This document shows positions 1 through 12,900 of a stretch of 64,000 bases of DNA, in pieces (position 1 is the stretch's first letter; each line of letters begins with the position of its first letter). This DNA comes from Balanoglossus misakiensis. Taxonomy: Eukaryota; Animalia; Hemichordata. The notes beneath the pieces were generated by a model that saw nothing but the letters and a program-made list of their open reading frames with translations, did no database searches and was not told the origin of the DNA. Position numbers and translations under genes: made by a program. The DNA lies in assembly GCA_040954595.2 (NCBI GenBank), contig CM082580.2, positions 14,150,389-14,214,388 of the forward strand, in the 5' to 3' direction.

Positions 1-690
1 TCTTTCAGACTGCATATTGAACAAAAGTGAATAAAAAATTTCCTTTGACGAAAAAGTAAGTCCCTGAATGAAATTGGTCGAAACATTTTCATTCTTTCTG
101 TCTGTTCACTCTCTTAACCACAATGTACGAAATCCTCAACAGTTCAAACACAAAACTTTACAGCAAGTTTATGATATTATCATTAGCTTGAACAAGAAAG
201 AAAAGTTCATAGAGTCAAGCATGCATAAGGCTGAAAGTGGCATGAAGGGTTTGCTCAAGAGTTTGTCTCCATGGAGATAAAGGTATTTCAGCGGTTGTCC
301 TCAGATCAACTATTACTGACCTGTGCCACCCTTATCCCAGCCAAGCAATCAAACTGCAAACATCATCAACAACTAACACAACAGCCACACTTAAGGTTTA
401 AGTCCTCAATATTTTGTGGTTTCTGTGGTGATATAAAATGAACTAGTCATCTTGTCCGTGACCTCATCAAACACACTTCAAACAGCAATTTCTTGGCATC
501 CCCTCGAAAATACACAAAGAAACATCACTTCACAATCACACAGTGATAGACTTGATACACACTTGTACGTGTACTCAACACTTTCAACACTGTGTACATG
601 GAAAGCAAAGGTGGCAAATTATGAGGTGATCGTCATGCAACACACACCCTTTCCTGTTTTGACACTGCAAGTCAGAATTCTACATGGACC

Positions 691-728
691 TGATGCAAAT
701 GTCGGCAGGCTTGATGCAAATGTCGGCA
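691..728. repeat. Tandem duplication of a 17-bp unit (TGATGCAAATGTCGGCA x2, 21-bp period), each copy containing the octamer ATGCAAAT
   Basis: Identical copies at 691-707 and 712-728, inside the presumed cadherin intron. Confidence 0.85.
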
Positions 729-3585
729 TACCTTTGGTCAACTGAGACAACAAAGAAAACAGGTATACACCATCCGGAGAGGTGTTTGAATTACCTGGCA
801 CGTTGAAGGACTAAACGCAGCAGTAAAAGTTTTGCCACCCACACTGAGTGTACGGTAAAATATGCCAGCTTTACACTCATGCACGTTTTTCACTTAAATT
901 TGTTTACTTTTTGGGCACGGTTTTAATGTTACTTTTCACTTCAAAGATTTCTTGTTTTAGTTTTATTACAAATTCCTGTGAAATGCTGCAATTGTTAATT
1001 TCATGACGTCACAAATTCCACTGAACAAAGTTAGAGTTTCCATTCTGCGGCAGTTTTTGTCCTCTGCTCAAAAATCCTCTTTCAGCTTCTATACGACTGG
1101 AATTCAAGAATTGTTTCTCACCAATTTATCTTTGCAATATAAAATATAGACTGAGCAGATTCAAGCACATATTCGTTTTAACCTGGCAGATTACAAACTG
1201 TTTTAAAATATTCATTAGATAGCAAAGTTCCATCTTTCACCCTCAAGGGGAAATGAAAATGAAGAATGTATTGTATTTTACTGCTCATGGCTTGAATATG
1301 ATATGAGAACAACTCTCTCAATAGGAAAGAAAGTGTTGCCTATATAAAAGAGGCATTATTCAGTGTTTCTTGTGTCTACTATTATAAAATTTGGTTAATT
1401 CATAAATCTCTAACAAGTGGTCACATATGGCAGAAGTGGAGAATATGTGTTCTTCTGGAATTCTTAAATTTTGTCTGATTTAGCTTAAATAAATTTCTCT
1501 CATCATACATTGATATGTCTAACAATTCTAAACTTAACTGTACATGGATAGAGCAGATTGGCCATTGCGCTTCCAGAGACATTGTTTAATTTATGGCGGC
1601 TATGCCAAATGTCAAGTGTATTGTAAGTGTCTTGGCTAAATATCAACTCATAAATTTTACATTCATTCCAGACGCAATTCAGCATTGCAAGATTCTTTGT
1701 CATTCTCTCTCTTCATGAGTGAAGAGACAGACAGACATAAAAAACTTCACAATACTAGTATTACCGTAATTAAAGAGACTTAGAAAGAAGTGAGTAGTTT
1801 TCATCCAGACACTGACACAATGTCAAAACCCTACCATGGGGACAGGCAGAGTCAATAGTCTTTTGTGTTGTTTGATTTCTACAAACTTTTCAAAAGTTCC
1901 CATCAAGTGAGTTTTCCAAATTAGTCTATCTTTAAACATGTTTTGACAGGAATATTGAAATTCTTGCTAGGGCTTTTTGTGAGGTTCTGATATCAGTACC
2001 ATTTCACAAAATATTTCTTCACTAGATTTGAAACAAATTGAATCTCAGCAGACATGCAACTACTGCAGAAGGTGGATAAAGTATTCAGAACAGTTGCTGT
2101 CCCTTGAAGGTCCATTAGCTCATCAACTCTGTTTTTATCAAACTTAACTAAACACTGATCTACTTCCGAAGATAAGGATATACACATGTACATGTACTTG
2201 AAAATGATTACACATGCGTGTCTTGTCCATTTCAACTGGGAATCTCTCAGCAATAATTAATCTCACTGCGTGTCTTTACACTTTAAATTAACAACCTCTT
2301 GTTGTACAACAGAAATTAAGGTGGTACATTGTACAATGAAATTTCAATTACTTTCAATTCAATGTTTCAAACAATACATTGTAATTTTTTTTAATTTCAT
2401 TCTGATGATGAAATTGCAAGTACACAAATACATGATTTCTATTATGCTGATGAGAACTTAATATAACAAAACAATGATGGTTAATTGAAATTCACTAATG
2501 AGTGACTGTGCAATACACAGATATGAATTTATTAACAATGGACAGAGAAGCGCATGGCTGACGAGAATTTTGTGTTGAATTTCATCCCTAATTGATGTCA
2601 AGGACATTTCAAACCACACAGATCTAAATTAACTTTAAAAGTGCAGCATTCAGGACTTAGAGGACGTCCGTGGATATTTCTTGTTTTTTTTCGTCAGTTT
2701 TATTGTCTCCCTGGAGAGTTATTTCTTTCTCTGCCATATTTGTCTGCCATCAACAATAGTGTCAACGACTCATTTTCTGCGAGTCAACATACAAAACACC
2801 TCTCTTTTGTTGCATTTTTACTTTCCCATTCTGATCACGTACGCAGAGACATTCGTGGCTGGGGATTAGAGCAGTTTGTTGTTTGCCAGCGATATGTCTG
2901 TCTCTCTCCTGCTGCATATTTCAGCAGTGAGGACATCCAGGTACATGAAAGCTGAACGGATGTTGCGTTTCACCCCAAAAGGACTCTGATGCAAATTACA
3001 CCCACAAGTATACAGAAGATTGTCTTTAAATGGAATGAAACTGGTGACCGCATGTTCACAATATTCACACCAGCTTGTAATTGGATGTATTTTTAATATT
3101 CAGGAAATATCTTCATAGTTCAATAGCGACTGTCTACTTTAATTGAACTGTTATTTCAAAGTCTACTGATGTGAATGTAAAGTCTAAGATGATTGAAAAC
3201 AAAGGCCAGGTGTAAATATTTGAGTATTAAATTGATTTTCAGGTGCAAGGTAATAAAATGTCTTTTTGACAAAGTTTGATGAATTTACCAGATTGAGTCA
3301 CCACCTGTCCAATATCTGGGTGCGCCCAGATCATCCTCCCTTTTCAACGCCCAAAATAGATGTTATGAATCACCGATTCTGGGAAGTCAAATTACATTTC
3401 CTTCACTGTTGACATTGAACTTTTATCTCTTTCAATTGTTGCATGTTTCTCATAACTTTGTGAGTGTTTTTGCAACAGTCTAGCCAGGTATTTACAGCAA
3501 TAGTATCTTTTCTGTCTGAGTGTAAATTTTGTGGAAAATGTATAATAAAGTTAAAATGATAAAACTATAATGCATTGTCACCTAC

Positions 3586-4834
3586 CTTTGAATGGATTGT
3601 TGTAATCTTCGGTAATTTCAACATCGATTTCTTCAATGGGATGCTCAGCTCTGTTCAGCCGTCCACTCAATATAATTTCTCCCGTGAAGTACTGGACATG
3701 AAATCTGGGATTCAAAGGGTTGGTCATCACATAGCGATATGCTGAAGGATTAGGTGCAGTGGCTTTGATAGTAGTAATGATGGTTCCTTGTGGTGTGTCT
3801 TCTCCCAAACTCACTTTGGTGACAGGTGGTTCTAAGATCACAGGACCTGGTTCAAGAACGCTGGAAAATTTCAATGCCTGGTCAACTGGAGTTACTGTAA
3901 TGATTACTTTTGCTGGATTTAGTGATTCTAATGATGGTTTACCATGATCGCGGGCAAAAACTGTCAAGGTATACTCTTTTGGTTGTAACGGTCCTCCAAT
4001 GATGATGTCGCCTGTGTCAGGATGAACTGAGAAAGTCATGTCATTGGTGTCGGTGTAATAAGTGACTTCACCATTTTCAGCTGCATCAGAATCAACAGCA
4101 TGGACATGTGCTACCATTGCATCTGCTGGAGAGATTTCTGGCACAGTGACTTTGTAGGTTTCAGGGTCAAATTCAGGGGCATTGTCATTAACATCTTCGA
4201 CTTCAATGTGTAAATCAGTCGTCATGGTCTCCAAAGATAACCAAGAAGCAGTGAGTGTCAGGTCATAACTTGCTTGTGCTTCACGATCCAAAACTTCATT
4301 TGTTTCTATGGTAACAGTTCCATCATTCTTCTCTATTCTGAATCTGTTCTGATCGGTACCAGAAAGCGAAAACTCAACACCTTCACACTCATTACAAGCT
4401 GATATTGATTCCAATCCATGCACTGCAGTTCCGATCGGGCTGTTTTCCAAAACGGTTCCATCATACCTGTCCAATTCAAAGTTTAACTTTGTCGTACCAC
4501 TGTCACTGCCGTCAGAGATGTAAATATTGAAGGAATCCTTCCAAGAGTCGTTATCAAGGAACTGTTCCACAACCACAGAAAACATTCTGTCGGCATAGTC
4601 ACTTAACCCTTCTATCGATCTGATGACACCATCCTCTGTTATATCAAACAAATCGGCAGCTTCTGCATCACTGTCCTCGTGTAAGCTGTACGCTTGTCCG
4701 ACGTGATTAAGCCTTGTGATTTCAGATCCAGGCATCGTATGGCACGGAATTTTGAAATGAGAGAACGGCATGGCAACTGTGGACATTTGCTGTAGACTGA
4801 CCAAGGTCAGAGTGAATATGGCTAAAAATGCCAT
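3586..4834 (-). CDS. Cadherin, first coding exon (signal peptide, N-terminal region and first EC repeats); probably a type-III / N-/G-type classical cadherin. The gene continues beyond the left edge of the window.
   Basis: ATG at 4834 starts a hydrophobic leader (MAFLAIFTLTLVSLQQMSTVA). Canonical cadherin Ca2+-binding motifs follow: LDRE, DVNDNAPEF, AVDSD, ARDHG. The exon ends at donor AAG|GTAGGT (GT at 3585-3584, phase 1), so the ORF-track stop at 3578 is intronic. The subfamily call rests on recalled similarity of the N-terminus to echinoderm G-cadherin. Confidence 0.9.
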
Positions 4835-5004
4835 GATTCCAAATTGCTGAATTATACGTCCGATCAGGTTCAATAGTCTTCTAGGGATTCGGGATATTTC
4901 CAAAAGGAATACGTACGTTCACTTCTCTCTGCTAGGCAAACCTTCCAACTTTAAAAATACAATAGTAAATCCAAAATGGCCGTCCGTGTTATCCCGATCC
5001 TGCT
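4835..5004 (-). other. 5'-UTR part of the cadherin exon with a tandem NAGNAG splice acceptor
   Basis: The minus strand reads gtgtgttctcacctatttgtctgtaCAG CAG|gatcggg, giving AG options ending at 5003 and 5000. Confidence 0.55.
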
Positions 5005-5079
5005 GTACAGACAAATAGGTGAGAACACACTTTCACTGTTACTGTCACACTGTCCATATACACTGAATAGTACAGTTAC

Positions 5080-5165
5080 CTGTTGTTAAACCAAAACATG
5101 GTGCTGGAGGTGTCCTAAAATGGTTCGAAACTCATAAAAACAAAGAAATGACCTTATTATACACT
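5080..5165 (-). promoter_or_regulatory. Candidate proximal cadherin promoter and short 5'-UTR exon
   Basis: Donor CAG|GTAACT (GT at 5079) gives an ~80-nt intron to the 5000/5003 acceptor. TATA-like TATAATAA lies at ~5154-5161 on the minus strand, with a CCAAT box at ~5254. Confidence 0.35.
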
Positions 5166-8038
5166 GACTAGGTCTACGTGAAAGTGAATCTGATTCAGTA
5201 AACCAGTCAGTCCGAGCCCTTAAAAATCCTCTCTGTTCAGTATTTTTAGCCAGCCAATCATGGCTCAGTAATGGCTTTTTTTGAACGCTGCCAGTATTTA
5301 TATGTAAATGAGAGGTAACAGTGTTGTGGATTTGCATGGTAGACGCCCTGAGATGACGCATTCAGTTAGCATTGCCTGTAGCATTCAGGTGATTAATACT
5401 TTTGTTGAAAGTCAAGCTTTTGTTCCCAGGATACTGCTTAGCATATGACATCAACATGACCCTCCCTTTTGGATTTGCTTGAAAAGTGGCTGCAGATCAC
5501 AACAACATATGCTAGAAACATTCGAGAGATCATGAGAAAGGTTTCCTTACCTGTGTTACAGCAGCAACACCATGTTGGAGTATTTCTCCCCTCAAAATGA
5601 GAGTTAAGGTGTGCGCGACGGTCACTTTCCCAACAGGATAGGGCTTGGTAATGATGAATAATGCACAACTGATTGAAAGGAGACAACACAAAAGAGAATT
5701 AACATATAAAGAGAAACTGACCCCACAGCCCCAAAGTCCTTGCTAATTGCATATGTATTTCGGTGTACATAAAAGGAATACTTTCACAGTCCAGTTGCTC
5801 TCCCATCACCGGATATACATGTAAATGAATTTACCCTCTGGTGTGTCAGCCATGAAAACCTTGCGTGGCAACTGTTGAGATTTCATGAATCGATTCCAAC
5901 TCAACATCACGCTCCTTTTACATGACAACCCCACTTTACAGGCCAAAATATTGTCATTTTGAAAGATGTCCAAATTTTGTGTTCACTGTAAACACAGGGG
6001 AAAGTGCAGACAAGTTGAATTCAATGAATGCTGTCTATGGTAAACACCTTTAGAACCTAAGCCCTTTCACATAGGTCACCAAGTTGAAAACAAACTGACC
6101 ATGATTATAAGAATGAACTTTCAGCCCTTTTGATGTCCTGTAAGTCGGGTTGTTGAAGGCAGAAAATGCTGTTATGTGATGTGAAAATGTCCACAAAACA
6201 CTTAAATGCCAATTTGGTGTGTAAATTAACATGCCACATACTAACTAGTACATATTACCCATTTTATGGAGATGTACATTTGTATATATTGACAGTGATA
6301 CATTGGGTCAAACGTCTATTGTGTTCAGCTAGGCAACCATATTGGCCTTATTTGTAAGGTTTTCCATTGTTGTTGTATTCCAATGTCAAGTTTTTACGTG
6401 ACATATTATAAATAGCGAAGGCCACACCTGGACATCACAAACAATTAACCTCTTATTGACCCAGCCTGACACAAGTTTAGCTTAGTGTGTGTCACATTTA
6501 CAATGTTAAATGTGTGCATGTGACTGGATCGAACTTGGTAGTTATCAAACATTTCCATGAGACAGCTGTGAAATGAATAATATCTTCCTTTGTGAACATG
6601 AATCTAATTTTGCAATGGCATTGCTGAAAGCCTTAACTCCAATATTTTATTACTTTCCTAATTTTCGTGTTTGTCTATTACTGATTGGAATATTACAGCT
6701 GTCACGGCTACAGGTGTAAACTGGTCAGTTTTCCAGAGTGTACAAAACTACACCAGGATAACGCTAGATTATATTTCGTTGCCTGAGAGGTCAACAAAAT
6801 ATTAATTTTAAAATGATACGCAGTTGAGTATGCAGATTACTATAGGTGAGCTAAAATGTTTGAACAGCGAAAGTAAATTTGGCATGGTGACATGTTCATA
6901 CAAAAACTATTTCAGTTATGCTCTATGTGTACACATACACCACTGATGGGTTTTTACGTCACAAAAAGGGAAGTACATCTTTATGGTCAGGTTTGTTCAT
7001 CACAAATGCAGTGGGTGTTATCATTGCATACATACAGTCAAAGTGGAGCTAATCTGCTCCGGGCATATTGTTCAAAATCATTTCAAATATCCATTTACAG
7101 AAACCTAATCCAATGTATAATTGAAATTAATAATGACTAAAAGCAATCAACATCCTTTAAGTTGCTTTAATCATTATTCACAGGGGCCTAGTAATTGCAT
7201 GTCTGGTTTTCTGCAAATTTCAGGACATCCGACATGATTCAACAGGAGTCTGGAACACAATAGCGCATGCCCGCTAAATGTCTGAGGAAACCTATAGGTA
7301 GCTGTTGAGTTTCTGAATAACACAACGATAAATTCAGACTTAACAAAGGGGGGACTGTGTATTGGATATGTGTGTATTACCTGCGGAAACCTGAGGCTGT
7401 TCCGCAAGACTGAGCAGAAGGGTTTTGATTTCCCTTTCAAGAACCAGTATTTGGAGTCTATGCAACAGACACGCAGATAAATTATCAATCATTACTCCTG
7501 GGTTCCCTTCCATGGCATGGCACCGGATCTCCTTTGATTTTTTTCTTTTATCTCTTTCGATTTTTGCCCCACAGATGCCTTTCTGATGATGAAATGAACT
7601 GTCCCTTTTATGACTAAGTTCTTATTGTTGAATGAATCCACCCTGTCGATCTACGCCACAATAGTCTTCAGAAATCAACATCCTGATTATACTGACTGGT
7701 ATGCAATAATAGCAGTCATTTAAACAGCTAATCCCCTACTGTTTTGATTTCTTGTGTAAAAGACATGGACATTGCCACTCTCAAAATTTAGCACAAATGA
7801 TACTGAAGTCATTTCAGTATCTCCATGCATGCCAAAACTCACAGCACTGATAAAGCTTGAAGTAGAAATATAGGCTTGAAAGTTTTCTTGACTTGAGTTC
7901 AATCTCCTCAGATTTTTGCACCTTGTCATTGAAACAGTCAAGGGCCTCAAACGCTGAAAAGCATGAAAAGTGAAACCCACACCTTGACCCTTAAATTGGC
8001 AAGAAGTTACCTGGTTAAAAAAAAATAAAGTTACTCAC

Positions 8039-8270
8039 CACTCTTTAAAAATTCTGTTCAGACGTCAAAATGAAGTCAGCATCAACCAAAACCAAAACTA
8101 TGAGTCCAAAATGCTTCTCTCTTGGGCAGGAGCTGTCAGTGAGAATGTGAGATTACACATGTAAATGTGCATGAAGTTTTCAAAGGTACTCCAATTTGCA
8201 TTTCCCTCATGTGGACTTCCTTCATGCAGAACTGCCCACACTGCTGGCACACAATAAGCCAATCAGCACT
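8039..8270 (-). other. Candidate alternative non-coding 5' exon/promoter of the cadherin
   Basis: Donor TG|GTGAGT (GT at 8038). ATTTGCAT octamer at 8194-8201 and GCCAATCAG at ~8259 lie upstream. Confidence 0.3.
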
Positions 8271-9577
8271 CCCACCTGGTGCATACATTAACTCAAATCA
8301 ACCACTCAATTATGTAACTGACCTTTTCACATAATTCTTTACACAATAAACTTCCATTGTTCCCCAACAAAAAGTGTACACACAAGAAAACAAACACTCT
8401 TTTGTCTGCAATCCCTATCAATTATGCATGTTTTTTTCTGGAACTGCTTATAACTGCATGTGCTTCAAAGAAACTGTCTGATCTTCAGTGACTTGATGAA
8501 AAGGAAGCAGTCCTCACTGTTGCCTTAAAACACATTAACAAATAAAATATCAAGACATGACCACAACCATAAACCTAGTAAAGTATATCAGCATGTTTCT
8601 AGTGGAAGAACTAAATTGAACATCCAGTCTTCTCACTAATCAGGCATATATTGTTCCTTCTTTTTCTGACTCACGTTTCTCTACAAAGATGGTTTAATCT
8701 GTGCAGTGGTAAATAATGAATGGTTGAATTTGTTTTGATTGTGATCTGATCGACTGCACACAGGGTTTGGTGGTGATTGTGAGTGTAATTCAAACCACCA
8801 AGTAGGTACCTTTGATCTATAGATCTGTGCACTCCACCATACAATATCAGTGTCTGTTGGCATGGATACGAGTCGGAGTCCCCCTCCAAGCAGCACACCA
8901 GCCATATTGTTGTGCAGGTCACCGATGAAGTAATTTGATCTGAAATGTGAAGTTCAGCAGCTGACTGACTGTTAACTGGTGATGAAGTGAAAGAAGATTT
9001 AGAAATAAATCTGTCACATTGATTCTTTTCAACAAACATTTCTTTGCAATCTACCCTGCCATTGCTAAGGGTGCGATACTTCTAATACAGCAAACTGAGG
9101 TGTTGGATCCTTAGTTGTTTTAGTCAATCAAGAATAAGATGATACAATAAAACTAAACTTAATTGCTTTCAAACTTATTCATTGAAAGAATTTGAAAACG
9201 TGAATTGTGCAAGTTTATATGAATAAGGAATTACCTGTGAGGGCGCTATTTCACGCACAGGAAAGTATCACCATAACAACACTGTCCGGTTACGTCTCTT
9301 TTCAGCTGTGCATGGTTCCACACCATAACTAAACATCAAAGACATCAATACATTTGATTTGATAGTTCAACTTCATATACTGCATGTGAATATACAATCA
9401 ATCAATCTGCAATCTCAAGGCTCGTGTCAACAGATTCCTGACAAATTCTGAACTCCCCAACTGGCCCCCTCAAAAAAATTGTAGAAAGGAACACCGATAA
9501 CGCTCCAAAGTTTGCTGTTATGGCGTAACTAGAAAAGAGGCCTCTCACTAAGAATTATTTGTATCACAAGAACTCAC

Positions 9578-9900
9578 CAATAGTTGGCCAGGCCCGACCA
9601 TCTTCGTGAAAGTTTCGTTGATGTGCCAGTGGCTTCTCCATCCAGAGCAGAGAGGCGGTGTTATTGATGGGGCAGCTGAGGTCGCCCAGCTCGCCCCGTG
9701 CAGTCGACAAGTTTGAAACTTTCTGTCGAAAATTCGGAAAATTGATTACTGTATGCCATGTTTCTTGACGTATGCATGTCAGCCATGACCAATTCATTCA
9801 AATAAATTATCAAAAACTTATTTCTTTGCCAAAAGTTGAGAGGTCTCGTCTCCCACTCCCTGCAGCTCACGGCAACGTGAAGCGCCCTCAAACAGAATTG
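9578..9900 (-). other. Candidate distal first (non-coding) exon of the cadherin
   Basis: Donor TTG|GTGAGT (GT at 9577) coincides with the switch from CpG-poor to CpG-rich DNA. The exon's ATGs would form only a short uORF when spliced to the 5000/5003 acceptor. Confidence 0.45.
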
Positions 9901-12900
9901 CTGTGAAATATTTGTTCTAATGGCGTGTAATCAGTACGCTTTCTGATATTTCGCCAGTCTCTCGGATTTCCGAATTCTCCTTTGTACCTATTATCACACC
10001 TGTCATTACTATAAATTAATACATTTTGACACACTACACTGAGTCATTTTCTCTCAGAAACGACCTAGGATTTGACCCTGAAATTGCCCATCTAACCAGC
10101 ATCTCTCTCTTCCCACGGTGTCATATTCCAACGAACAAGGCGCTTTGACTAGAAACACCATTTATTCATTAAACTTGACGTGTGACTACCTTAGTGGTGT
10201 ATGGTGACTACTATTGGGCACTGTCCCGTGCGATTGGAAGTCTTGCTCACTGTATACATTTGTATAGCGCTAGCGATAGGTTTGGTCCTGCACTGCGTAG
10301 ACTGAATCTGGCTAGTTACAGAATCACGCCCCCTGAAGTTGGCGACGAGAGACAACAATCTGGCCAATTATCACACACTGCGCGACGAATACCTCCATAC
10401 CGATAAAGCAATTATCCCATCTCCATATCCTGCACACAAACACTAGTAATCGCCAGCGATAAAATTGTTATTTCTGCAGAAATCGTGCGAAGTAAGCGAT
10501 AAAACGATAGTGTCTCTATGAATGATGAGCACCGCTGGGTATTGCGGCCCACAATCCACTTGGACACTCACGGCCCCTGGTAAAAACCTCAGACATCTGT
10601 TTCCCTCTACATGCGCGAGTGCTTTGTTGACTTTCACCTTTATTTCACGAGAAAACAAAGTAGACACTATCTTATCTCTTTCCTGACTACCGGCCATAAA
10701 GTACATGCACTCTCACCAACGGAAGGGGCGGCGGACATTGGGAAGTCGCAAACGATACAGTGCATCTATAACAGATACTGGCTATCAAATGAGAACTTAG
10801 ATGAAGGAAGCAGAATGCTTTAACTTGTTTGCGCGCAGTATAAAACCGAACGAAAGTTTGGTAGAGGTGGGGAAGTGAAAGTACCGGACAAATAATATGG
10901 GTAGAAGATTATACTGAAAAAGCCAGGGCCGCTTTCTTACAGGCCCTCAGTTTTACGCTTATCTCTTCTGTTATATACTCGTACACTGATGCCTCGTAGC
11001 ACAGAACCACGAAACCAGGCATCTCGTAGATGTAAACTGTGTAAGCCTGTTTATTTGTCTGTTTGTTTTTCTGTTCGAATCAAGATAACATACTTAGCGT
11101 ACTTGAATACACAGCACTGCAATCGATTAGGCGCACGAGCGCCGTCGGACCAATAAATCGTTGATATACGTCCTGTTACGCCAAATACCTCTAAGTAAAT
11201 CTCTTCGAGATTTTAACTATTATGTGCCTAGAGAGGTCTCCAACCGGAAACAAGGGTAGTACCTAATAGTGATAACTTGTCTTGAGAGCATCAAGGAACA
11301 TATCCGATTGTATTTTAATGTCTTCAAGGTTATCTCTGCCGCCCTGTGGACATCGTCAAGTGGTGAAAATCGCGCGCAGATGTTTTGGAGTAATTTGTGC
11401 AAGCGATACCATTTGAATTCGGAAGTAATCGTCCAGTGAGTGTTTTTAAAAAGTAACCTTTTTAGATCTAGGCCGCAGTCTTGAATAATGCACTCACGAG
11501 GCTTGGCAACTATTTTTTACTCTGTGGTCTCCATATACAATACCGAGGACCAAGGACCGACATTCACTTTTTAAAGCCTCTAGAGCTGCCACTTTTTGCA
11601 ATTTTCCAACTTAGATTGGTACATCGAAATGAGTTTACTGATAGGTATACATCAACGCCTTATCGACATATTGTAATTTCCTAAACGGAGGCAATAAATA
11701 TTTCTCATGCTCCCACTGAGTTGCATTTTTTTTGCATATGCCCGAAGTCTGGCTGATGCACCGGACAAAACAGAGCAACACATATGTCAGTTACCATGAC
11801 TACAATATCAATTTCTCTCTGCATAACGAAATCTGCCACCAAAACGGTCGAACTTTAAAACGCCATTTAAGCTTCTATCACTCAGTGTCTGACTTATTAC
11901 ATGTGCGTGGACGGGATGGGAAGAATCTTCACATGGTCTTTGGTCGAATGATGATCGCCTGCTCTGGGTTTTATAATCACCACGTCGATTTTCTACCACA
12001 TGGATGATCACCAGGATCGGGGATTCTCGAATAAGAGCGACTGGATATTTTATGCCTACTGCGCAATTCTCTCAGAATGGACAAGACACATTACAAAAGT
12101 TTCAAAAAAGTTTGCTTGGCCAGGATGACAACTGAAGCAGAGTCAAGGCACAACCACCACCACCATCATCTTGAACTGTCCCAGAAGTAAGTTGTGAAAT
12201 TTATATCCATCCAAGAAACCCAATTTCGAGAATGAAGGTGAACTGGGTATATATGTACTCGTAATCAAGAGAAAATAATTATCCGCACCATCATTTTTGG
12301 GGATTTATGAATGAGATTTACAAGTTGAAAATTTACCACCCCACTCTTCCAGACGGCAATAGTATTCTTCAGATGACTGGTGACCAGATTTAAGAGGCGA
12401 TGACTTGTCAGGAATCATCCAAATAAACAAAGCTTCTAAACTTGTGATAAATTCATTCGATTAGAGCGTTTTATCACCGGTAAAAATAAACAACTTGTTC
12501 GCTCCTCAGTTCAGTGTTTGTCAACACGGTCCACATCATCTGATATCACACAAATCATCAACAGACACGAGTCAGAGAGAGATCCCGTGCCCTGTCGATG
12601 AATTGGCGCTCCCATTATAGGCTATAGGCAGACAAAAACAGACAGATAAACTAAGAAAGAGACCGCCAGATATCAGATACAGTCACGTGGAGACAAAGAC
12701 TCCAGGAAAATACACCGAGAAAAGAAAACCACAAAAAATTTAGATGACAACTTAGTTATCAGGTTCCCTCTTTTAACACACCCATCACAAATGATGTTAA
12801 AATTGATGGCGTGTAAGAAGATGAGAAACGGGTGCTTAGTGCTCCCACGTTAATCTTTGTGGATGAAATACTAATATTTCAGTTCATTGTTTTTACGACT

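Noticed and set aside
1-3585. Further cadherin exons left of the donor (e.g. ORF 619-801)
   Set aside because: No cadherin motifs or convincing phase-1 exon found; treated as intron.
4835-4903. N-terminal extension of the cadherin ORF
   Set aside because: Non-ATG start; the signal peptide begins at ATG 4834.
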